From: an uncultured Candidatus Finniella sp.
GTDB lineage: Bacteria; Pseudomonadota; Alphaproteobacteria; Paracaedibacterales; VGCI01
Reading direction: 5' to 3'
Assembly: GCA_964424515.1 (NCBI GenBank)
Contig: CAYRJJ010000003.1
Coordinates: 1 to 48,126, forward strand
DNA: 48,126 nucleotides
Each line of letters opens with the position of its first letter. Positions within the stretch are counted from its first letter, which is position 1. Under the pieces are notes generated by a model. That model had not been told where the DNA came from. It worked only from the letters and a program-made list of their open reading frames with translations, and did not search any database. The translations under genes and the position numbers were made by a program. Shown piece by piece: positions 11,105-18,790 of this stretch.

Positions 11105-14100
11105 ATGGCGAACTATCATTTAACCGTGAAGATGATATCAAGAACTAGCGGTAAAAGCTGCGTAGCCGCTTTAGCTTACCGGACAGCTACGGAACTGCAA
11201 GATTTAAGAACAGGAGAGACATTCGATTATCGAAATAAAGGATTTGTTTCTCATGTTAGCATTTTAATACCTGAAGATGCGCCTCTATGGATTCAAGAGA
11301 TTTCAGAAGAATGCAAAACGTCCAGACAGACAGCTATACAAAAGATTTCCGATATTTTTGAAGCTGCCGAGAAAAGATCAGATTCAAGAGTTTACCGGGA
11401 AGTAGAATTTTCTCTGCCAACCGAATTAACAGATGCTCAAAATATCAAATGGGCAGAAGAATTTATCACAGAAGTTTGCGTCAAGAAGGGTATGGTTTCT
11501 ATTAGCAGCTTCCATATGGATTTTGATAAAACAACAGGGCAAGCCAAACCTCACTGTCATGCGCTTTTATCCACCAGAAATCTCACTGCAGAGGGCTTAA
11601 GTCCTGTTAAAAATTTGGAGTGGGATCGTGAATCCCTCGTTCATGAATTAAGAGAACAATGCGCGTCTTATCAAAATAAAGCTCTTAGGGAACACGGATT
11701 TGAAGCGCAAGTTTCTCATCTTTCCTACAAGGATCGGGATATAGAAATTGAAGGTGAGCCCAAATTAGGCAGCGCCATTCTGGACATGGCAAAGCGGGGG
11801 CTTAAGCTTGATAAACTGGATAACTTTAACGCCGTCAAATTACGCAACCAGTTCAGGATTTTGCGGAACCCTGAACTGGTTTTTTCGATCATTACATCCA
11901 GCCATTCAACGTTTACCCGGCACGATATCGCGCGTGTTCTGAACCGCTATATCGACGATGCGGCGCAGTTCCAAACCTTGCACGATCGTCTTTTGGGATC
12001 CCGGAATCTTGTTCCCCTGGGTGTTAAAGAGGGAACAGAGCAGGTTTATACGACGCAAGAGATGCTCAAGGTTGAGATGGGTTTGGTTAACCGGGCGGAG
12101 AGGTTATCCGCCCAACATACGCACAAGGTGAATTCTTCAGTTATTGATCAAATCATCGAACAGCATAACCGGAAGCTTTCTGAATACGGGGGATTAAGCG
12201 CTGACCAGGACAGGGCCATTCGTCATATGCTCTCCGGTGAGCAGATCGCTTGCGTGGTCGGATATGCCGGGGCTGGAAAAACAACGTCCCTGGAGGCCGC
12301 CAGAGAAGCCTGGGAAGCTTCAGGATATACGGTGGTTGGTCTTGCTCCTACTGGAAAAGCGGCCCGCAATATGGAGGATTGCGGCATTCGTTCTATGACG
12401 GTACACAAGTTTCTTTACGCTCAGGAGCAAGGCAGAGAGCAGATATCTCCGAAGTCCGTGATTGTGCTTGATGAGGCAGGCATGGTGGATAGCCGCCGTT
12501 TCGCCGACTTGTTGACGATCATTGACCAGGCCGGCGCTAAAATTGTCCCGATGGGAGATGGCAATCAGCTCCAGGCTGTCGAAGCAGGGCCCGCTTTCAG
12601 ATTACTGACAGAGCGTGTAAAGCCGGCTGTTCTGGAAACAGTCGTGCGCCAGAAAGAAGACTGGCAGAAAGACGCCACGCGCCTGTTTGGCTTGCAGCAA
12701 GCGGACAAAGCCCTGGCGCTTTACCTTGAGAAAGGCGCTTTCAGGATCGTTGCAGAACAAGCGACTTTTCCCCAAATGTCGGCTATTGCCGGCTCTTCGC
12801 CCGAATCCGGGAAAGCTATGGCAAGGCAAACGGTGGATCATTATTGTTTGGCGCGACAGATGTCAGGGCGCATCTGGAAAGAAATGGTTGCTGACTTTGA
12901 GAAAGAGCATGGCCGAGCCTTTGGCGGGCAGGGTGATTTCAAGCCGTTATCCCGTCATCAGGATTACGCGCTCTACAAATCCTGGGAAGATTCTCGATAC
13001 AAGGCTGCTGGTAAAATCGTTAGCCGGTTTGAGGATTATAAAAAAGAGCTTGAGTTTAGGGGCGTTGATATAAAGGCCCTGTCCTCACTTGTCGATAACC
13101 ATTATGTGGCTGAGGACAATAAACAAGCCACCGCGGCGTTAAAAGAAATCGACGGGGTATTGCGGCGGATGAGCTATTCCCATGTGGTTGATACCCGTCA
13201 GACGACAAGGGATGCTCTGGTAGACGCCTGGATGCGCGACAGAATAGCGATGCCGGAGCAATCCCATCTCATGCTGGCCTTTACCAGAAAAGACGCCCAA
13301 AGCCTGAATGAAGGCGCCCGTCATTTGATGCGGCAAGCGGGCGTCATCAAGGGACCCGACTTTACCTATGAGACCCACAGCATCGAAAAGGATGATTTTG
13401 GCAAGGATCTTATAACGAAGCAAGAACGTACCTTTGCTGTGGGCGACCGTCTTCTTTTTACCAGCAACAATACCGGTCTCGGGGTTAAAAACGGCTCCCT
13501 TGGAACCGTTATGTCTTTAAGTCAGGACAAGATCAGCGTTTTACTCGATGGGTCGGGCGCAAGAGACGTTTCTTTCGCCCCCAGGCTTTACCCTTACATT
13601 GACAATGGGTGGGCTACCAACATTCACAAGTCGCAAGGCATCACCGTTGATCATGTCAAGAAGCTGGCCTCTTATGAAGAATACCGGAATCTGGCTTATG
13701 TCGGCATGAGCCGGCATCGGGAAACCCTTGAGGTATTTGGGTCATCTCTTGACTTCTGGCGGCAAGAAAAGGTTATTGACCGTCTGTCTCGGGTTCAGGA
13801 AAAGCTTTCCGGTTATGATTACGTTACGGCTGAGAAACTGGAGGAACTTGTCAGGGACGACGCCCGGGCGTTGTGGCGCGAGCAAAAAGTTCAGGAGGTC
13901 AAAGATCTTTGGAACGCGGTTAAGGGAACAGCAAGAAGCGCCATTGATCAATGGCTGGATCGACCCAAAGATTCCATAAAAGTCGATCCGCTCGAGAGTT
14001 TTGAGCACAGTGAAGAAAGGCGTTCCGGGTCTTTGTTTAAGGAAACAGGAGAGCCAATCCGTCAGCCGGATCAATCCCGGGACACCGGGCCTGTCCTTTC

Positions 14101-15817
14101 CGATATCTCTTTATCTCAAACGCTGGATCAAGGGGAAACGTTCGAGAGCAAGCTGCAAGCGGTACAGGATAAAATCAACGCTTCTTATGAGGTGAGGACG
14201 GTCTCCCGGGAAAAGTTTCTGACTTTTGAGGAAGCGGAAGGCCAGCTTAAAGAGCGGATGGTTGAGTTGTCGACCGATGTGCTGGGCGCTCCCACCAGCC
14301 GAACGTCTCATCAATTACGGTTTGGCAGGAAGGGTTCCATCAGCGTGTTTACTGGCGGCCCCAAGGCCGGCCTATACGCTAACCATGAGGCCGGAGTGTA
14401 TGGCGGCCCCCTAAAGCTCATTGAAGACCAGCTGGGGCATGCCTCTGCCCTGGACTCCCTGAAGTGGGCGTCAGAGTGGCTTGGCGGCAATCCTGTAGCG
14501 CTCGAGCAAAGGGTGGTCAGAAAAGAGCCAGACGACAAGCAACCCTCTGTCTGGACGCCTGTTATACCTGTACCTAGTCACATCAAAACGCCTGATATTA
14601 AGACAGACGCTTATCTCAAGCCCATGCTAAAAGACGGCGCCAGGGAAACGGCCAGATATGCGTACAGGGACGAACAAGGCAACCTGAAAGGGTATGTGTT
14701 CCGAATTGAAAAAGCGGACGGCAGCAAGATCACCCCTCCCCTTGCCTGGTGTCAAAACGAGCGCGGGTTCAAAGCCTGGAAATGGCAAGGGTTTGAGAAA
14801 GAGAACAGAACGCCTTACGGGATTGAGAAGCTTGCCCAGTACCCTGGCAAGCCCGTTCTGGTGGTCGAAGGCGAGAAAACGGCGGATGCCGCTCAAAAGC
14901 TGTTGCCTGATTATCACGTGCTTACCTGGAGCGGAGGCGCCGGCAGCGTGGGCAAGACGAACTGGGACTGTCTGGCAGGTAAAGACGTGGTCATCTGGCC
15001 AGACAATGACGCCGGCGGCATCAAGGCGGCGCAAACGCTTGAAAAGATCGTGGCTTCAATCAACGCTGAAAAAGGCCTGCATGCTTCCGTCGGCATCGTC
15101 TCCCTTCCCGAAACGCTTCCCGAGAAGTGGGACCTTGCCGACAAGCTCCCGAAAGGCTGGACCCTTGGCACCGCCAGAGAACTTATCAGCGATGCGATTC
15201 CGCTCTTAGAAAAGATGAGCATCCCCGAACAAAAAAGTTCTGGAACAGTAAGCGCCTCAGAAGAATCAAAGGCCAACATCGAGAAAGCAGCTGATCAATT
15301 CATAGATTTGTGCGTACTTTATGAAAGCCTGACCTGGGATGACCCCAGAGATACGGAAACTCTAAGAAAAATTGAATCTGTCGCTGGAAAATATATGCAC
15401 AGTGAAGAATTCCGAAACAAAATTGAGTCTTGTGGTAATGAAAAGGTTGCCGAAAGGCTTCACGCCGAGATGGAGGAGCAACACCACCTTCTCAGACAAG
15501 ATCATGCTTTAGCCGTAACGAATGAAACCACTTTGTCGGCACAGGACATCGGGGATCATAAGGCGGTCAACAATATTGAGAAAGCAGCTGATCAATTCAT
15601 AGATTTGTGCGTACTTTATGAAAGCTTGAGCTGGGATGACCCCAGAGATACGGAAACTCTAAGAAAAATTGAATCTGTCGCTGGAAAATACATGCACAGT
15701 GAAGAATTCCGCCAAAGGATTGAATCATCCAAAAATGAAGCGGCCATTAATAGGCTCGAAATTGAAATAGAAGAACAAAAACAAAATATCTCCCAAAGTA
15801 TGTCCAGGGGAATTTAA
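11105..15817 (+). CDS. traA: TraA-type multidomain relaxase: MobA/MobL relaxase + RecD-like helicase + Toprim primase-like domain + duplicated C-terminal module
   Basis: The likely start is ATG 11105 (MANYHLTVKMISRTSGKS). His motif FHMDFDKTTGQAKPHCHALL. Helicase motifs VVGYAGAGKTT, APTGKAARNM and VLDEAGMV. Toprim-like VLVVEGEKTADA...VIWPDNDAGG. The track ORF begins at an upstream TTG (11012) inside the oriT-like region. Confidence 0.9.
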   Translation: MANYHLTVKMISRTSGKSCVAALAYRTATELQDLRTGETFDYRNKGFVSHVSILIPEDAPLWIQEISEECKTSRQTAIQKISDIFEAAEKRSDSRVYREVEFSLPTELTDAQNIKWAEEFITEVCVKKGMVSISSFHMDFDKTTGQAKPHCHALLSTRNLTAEGLSPVKNLEWDRESLVHELREQCASYQNKALREHGFEAQVSHLSYKDRDIEIEGEPKLGSAILDMAKRGLKLDKLDNFNAVKLRNQFRILRNPELVFSIITSSHSTFTRHDIARVLNRYIDDAAQFQTLHDRLLGSRNLVPLGVKEGTEQVYTTQEMLKVEMGLVNRAERLSAQHTHKVNSSVIDQIIEQHNRKLSEYGGLSADQDRAIRHMLSGEQIACVVGYAGAGKTTSLEAAREAWEASGYTVVGLAPTGKAARNMEDCGIRSMTVHKFLYAQEQGREQISPKSVIVLDEAGMVDSRRFADLLTIIDQAGAKIVPMGDGNQLQAVEAGPAFRLLTERVKPAVLETVVRQKEDWQKDATRLFGLQQADKALALYLEKGAFRIVAEQATFPQMSAIAGSSPESGKAMARQTVDHYCLARQMSGRIWKEMVADFEKEHGRAFGGQGDFKPLSRHQDYALYKSWEDSRYKAAGKIVSRFEDYKKELEFRGVDIKALSSLVDNHYVAEDNKQATAALKEIDGVLRRMSYSHVVDTRQTTRDALVDAWMRDRIAMPEQSHLMLAFTRKDAQSLNEGARHLMRQAGVIKGPDFTYETHSIEKDDFGKDLITKQERTFAVGDRLLFTSNNTGLGVKNGSLGTVMSLSQDKISVLLDGSGARDVSFAPRLYPYIDNGWATNIHKSQGITVDHVKKLASYEEYRNLAYVGMSRHRETLEVFGSSLDFWRQEKVIDRLSRVQEKLSGYDYVTAEKLEELVRDDARALWREQKVQEVKDLWNAVKGTARSAIDQWLDRPKDSIKVDPLESFEHSEERRSGSLFKETGEPIRQPDQSRDTGPVLSDISLSQTLDQGETFESKLQAVQDKINASYEVRTVSREKFLTFEEAEGQLKERMVELSTDVLGAPTSRTSHQLRFGRKGSISVFTGGPKAGLYANHEAGVYGGPLKLIEDQLGHASALDSLKWASEWLGGNPVALEQRVVRKEPDDKQPSVWTPVIPVPSHIKTPDIKTDAYLKPMLKDGARETARYAYRDEQGNLKGYVFRIEKADGSKITPPLAWCQNERGFKAWKWQGFEKENRTPYGIEKLAQYPGKPVLVVEGEKTADAAQKLLPDYHVLTWSGGAGSVGKTNWDCLAGKDVVIWPDNDAGGIKAAQTLEKIVASINAEKGLHASVGIVSLPETLPEKWDLADKLPKGWTLGTARELISDAIPLLEKMSIPEQKSSGTVSASEESKANIEKAADQFIDLCVLYESLTWDDPRDTETLRKIESVAGKYMHSEEFRNKIESCGNEKVAERLHAEMEEQHHLLRQDHALAVTNETTLSAQDIGDHKAVNNIEKAADQFIDLCVLYESLSWDDPRDTETLRKIESVAGKYMHSEEFRQRIESSKNEAAINRLEIEIEEQKQNISQSMSRGI
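15275..15414. repeat. Direct repeat copy 1 inside the traA 3' region
   Basis: About 140 bp with roughly 5 mismatches to 15572-15711, at an in-frame offset of 297 bp (99 aa). It encodes NIEKAADQFIDLCVLYESL.WDDPRDTETLRKIESVAGKYMHSEEFR. Confidence 0.9.
15572..15711. repeat. Direct repeat copy 2 inside the traA 3' region
   Basis: See copy 1. Confidence 0.9.
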
Positions 15818-15819
15818 TG

Positions 15820-16104
15820 TTAAGAACCAAGGCTAATGTGAAGATTCTTGCCAGTGGCTTTAGCGTATTCAGCAAGAGTTTTAACGCTAGGAAGCCTCCT
15901 GCCAGATTCAAGGCGAGCTATAACAGATTGGGTGGTTTCCATACGTTCAGCGATTTCTTCTTGAGTGAGGCCAGAATTTATTCTCGCTTGAATGAGTTCA
16001 AGGGAAATTTCATATTCGAGGTCTAAATCATGATAAGCTTTCCTAAAGTCAGCATCTTTCATCCACTGGCTTTTGATATCTTCAAACTTGATAGATTTTT
16101 TCAT
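15820..16104 (-). CDS. XRE-family HTH antitoxin (HigA-like)
   Basis: LIQARINSGLTQEEIAERMETTQSVIARLESG is an XRE HTH. It starts 2 nt after the upstream toxin's stop codon. Confidence 0.8.
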   Translation of the reverse strand: MKKSIKFEDIKSQWMKDADFRKAYHDLDLEYEISLELIQARINSGLTQEEIAERMETTQSVIARLESGRRLPSVKTLAEYAKATGKNLHISLGS

Positions 16105-16105
16105 C

Positions 16106-16423
16106 TCACATATCCTTCAATCGTTTTATGGCGCATTCTAAAGCAGATGCGGGAGTTTTTCGGGTCTTTTTTATAAATGCATGGAGCAAGCTAACTTTTC
16201 TCTCTGCCAGCGCTATATAGATAACCCTGGAAATTCCCTGGCGCCCTGTTAAACGAATCTCCATAAGCTTATTCCCCAAGCTTTTAACATGGGGTTCCCT
16301 CAAACCAAATGGGCCAACCTGCTCAATCAACTCCAGAAGGCGGGTAAGTTTTGCTCTCATATCTACCGGTAGAGCATTAATTTCAGGCACAGCCTTAGGA
16401 TGAACATCGATATTCCACTTCAT
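16106..16423 (-). CDS. RelE/ParE-superfamily toxin, HigB / phage Gp49-like
   Basis: 105 aa. LMEIRLTGRQGISRVIYIALAERKVSLLHAFIKKTRKTP is typical of this family. The toxin precedes the antitoxin, the HigBA gene order. Confidence 0.75.
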   Translation of the reverse strand: MKWNIDVHPKAVPEINALPVDMRAKLTRLLELIEQVGPFGLREPHVKSLGNKLMEIRLTGRQGISRVIYIALAERKVSLLHAFIKKTRKTPASALECAIKRLKDM

Positions 16424-16493
16424 TCCTTAATATAGCATTTTTGCGATAATTTTCAAGAGATAAGATACAGTTTCACAAAAATATTCATTTTTG

Positions 16494-18218
16494 CTATCTC
16501 CCCAAGGATTGTTCAAAACCTTCTGCAACTTTTGGTAGATTGTGGATTTGAAACCTAACTTTTGCAACAGGGTAAGATCCTGGCAACTTTAAATAAGCTT
16601 CCAGGTTCGGCAATTTCATCAGTTTATCAAAATGGATGGTCGGTTTTTCCTTGCGGTTATCGTTTAAAGATACGCCATCACGAATACGGTCCTGCCCATA
16701 AGAGATATTTTCAATAGCTTCCGATACCTCTTGAACGCCAAGCCACTTAGACATACGCTCCGCTATATCGGCGCCTTCAATTCTAAAAATAACCTTTGTG
16801 CTGCAAAGGTTAGCAATAGATTTGACAATGTTGTAGCCATAGATTTCGTCCAGCAAAGACATATCCTGCGCGCACAGGATAACGCACCCGCCTCTTTGTC
16901 TCACTTCAGCAAGCATAACCTGAAGAGTGGGAAGTTTTTTAATAGCTGGCAGCTCATCTATAACCACCCAAACGCGCCTTTCCAGGTCCCGGGAAAGACT
17001 ATTAATTGACTCGGTAGCGATACTTATCCACACGCTCAGTAAAGTGGCCATTTCCTCCCTATGTTCAGGAGGGGAAGACAAAAACAGCCATCCATCCCCC
17101 TGATCTTCTTTAACCCAGCTTCTGATCGAGAACGGGTTTTCCGTATCTGCAAATAATTCAATGCTATCTATGCTGCCTCGTAAGTGGGATCGGACACCCA
17201 TAACCGTTTCTTTACCGTCTGCATTGACGATTGCGGCAGCCCTGGTTCCATCATAAAACTTTTGAATGTCTTTTGCAGGTTTGTCAGTTGCAAATGCAAA
17301 GAAATTTTTATTCGTTAAATTCCCCTGTCCTTTTAACTTCTCTGCTGTCGCATCAAACAAAACTCGAGCATTCTTAACCCAATAGCTTGTTTCCCCATGG
17401 CTCTGAGCAGGAATCAATAAAGCGGCCATTGTTTTGAAATGAGCGGGATCCTGGCATTCTTCCCATACGTTCCATGATTCTGAACGAGAATCGCGGGGAT
17501 TGAGTATTTTATCTATTTCCGGTCGATAATATTTTTCAATAAATACCCCTGTCATATCCACTATAATAGCTCTCTGCTTGCGGCGTCGAATTTGTTGAAG
17601 CAGCTCGTGCAGACAGTTTGTCTTTCCTGAACCCGTCGTGCCAGAAATGAGGATATGTTGCGCTTCGCTATTTTTAACCAGGGGAACATTTGCCAGTTTA
17701 AGGTCAGAAGCTGCTTTAGAGCGGTACACCAACTTTGCGAGATCTCCTGCCGATACTTCTTGCGTTCCTGATAAAATCTTCTTTTCTTTTATTTTCGCTC
17801 CCCTCCATACCCACCCCAGACAAATGACCATAAAGAAAACAAGCATAAACCAGAGAGTCACAATCCCGTTTTTTATTAATTGATCGTTGATATCCTGTAT
17901 CAAGTTTTGGTGCCATTTATCATTGAGTATGTGAATGCTGTATACTAATTGCCTGGTTCCATCCTCATACGTATAATTTTGAGTCATTTTCCTGATTTGT
18001 TCTTTTCGGACTAATGGAATATTCGTTTTAAAATCCGCCCAGTAATAAGCCAGAGCGGCTGACCGCTCGTAAGGGGAATAGTCAAACCAACTTTTGGTCG
18101 CAAAGGCTAAAACCCCGACAATTAAAGTCGCAATAAATGTTACATTTAAAACTTGTTTGGTCATGGAGAGGTTATGCATTGTCACCTGACCGCCACCTAT
18201 AAACTTTTTAAACATCAT
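16494..18218 (-). CDS. traD: F-type coupling protein TraD
   Basis: Two N-terminal TM segments, Walker A ISGTTGSGKT, and VVIDELPAI. I moved the start to ATG 18218 (AAAGGA SD upstream). This gives the same TM-to-Walker A spacing as F TraD. Confidence 0.9.
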   Translation of the reverse strand: MMFKKFIGGGQVTMHNLSMTKQVLNVTFIATLIVGVLAFATKSWFDYSPYERSAALAYYWADFKTNIPLVRKEQIRKMTQNYTYEDGTRQLVYSIHILNDKWHQNLIQDINDQLIKNGIVTLWFMLVFFMVICLGWVWRGAKIKEKKILSGTQEVSAGDLAKLVYRSKAASDLKLANVPLVKNSEAQHILISGTTGSGKTNCLHELLQQIRRRKQRAIIVDMTGVFIEKYYRPEIDKILNPRDSRSESWNVWEECQDPAHFKTMAALLIPAQSHGETSYWVKNARVLFDATAEKLKGQGNLTNKNFFAFATDKPAKDIQKFYDGTRAAAIVNADGKETVMGVRSHLRGSIDSIELFADTENPFSIRSWVKEDQGDGWLFLSSPPEHREEMATLLSVWISIATESINSLSRDLERRVWVVIDELPAIKKLPTLQVMLAEVRQRGGCVILCAQDMSLLDEIYGYNIVKSIANLCSTKVIFRIEGADIAERMSKWLGVQEVSEAIENISYGQDRIRDGVSLNDNRKEKPTIHFDKLMKLPNLEAYLKLPGSYPVAKVRFQIHNLPKVAEGFEQSLGR

Positions 18219-18260
18219 TAAATTCCTTTCATGTTTCCTGGGTCTTATTAATTTAAGGCT

Positions 18261-18782
18261 ATGTTTCAATACAACTTTTGTGAGAAAATAAGAGATGAAA
18301 GGAATAAGCGGATGAATGAAATAACGACCCCCCCTTCCCCAGGTCGCATGCAGGTACTTCCAGAAAAGCGACCTAGATTCTACCGTAACCGTCTGGTTGT
18401 TTATCCTTTGCTCATTAGCGCCGGCGTGTTCATGTTGACAACCCATCCTTTTATTGCTTTGGTGGTCTATGTCCTTTCTAAAAAGATGATAACCAGCTTT
18501 CGGGGACAAAATTCTCCAATATTTTCTCCAGCAGACATGCTTGTACAAGAACACTCTGAGCTTTCGAACCAAATATCTCATCTCAACCTCACAGGCTCTG
18601 ATGATGTAAGCGTTCATAGTCATGAGTATGCAGTCGATCACTGCAACCCATTTGACCCCAATAGCCACGCAGCTTATTGTCCAGGCGGAATTTTCAGTCA
18701 AAGCTGGTCGGGTCATTCCATAAGTATGGACGACATACCTTATAGCTCCTCAAACTCCTTTCAAAACCATAATGATTACTAA
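18261..18782 (+). CDS. Hypothetical membrane protein in the traG-traD gap (opposite strand)
   Basis: 173-aa ATG ORF with a hydrophobic hairpin LVVYPLLISAGVFMLTTHPFIALVVYVLS. The alternative minus-strand reading (N-terminal extension of traD) is W/C/R/H-rich and looks noncoding. Confidence 0.35.
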   Translation: MFQYNFCEKIRDERNKRMNEITTPPSPGRMQVLPEKRPRFYRNRLVVYPLLISAGVFMLTTHPFIALVVYVLSKKMITSFRGQNSPIFSPADMLVQEHSELSNQISHLNLTGSDDVSVHSHEYAVDHCNPFDPNSHAAYCPGGIFSQSWSGHSISMDDIPYSSSNSFQNHNDY

Positions 18783-18790
18783 GATCTGCG

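Noticed and set aside
16494-18716. The track ORF gives TraD a 166-aa N-terminal extension starting at ATG 18716.
   Set aside because: The extension is W/C/R/H-rich with no TM segment. From ATG 18218, which has an SD, the TM-TM-Walker A layout matches F TraD.
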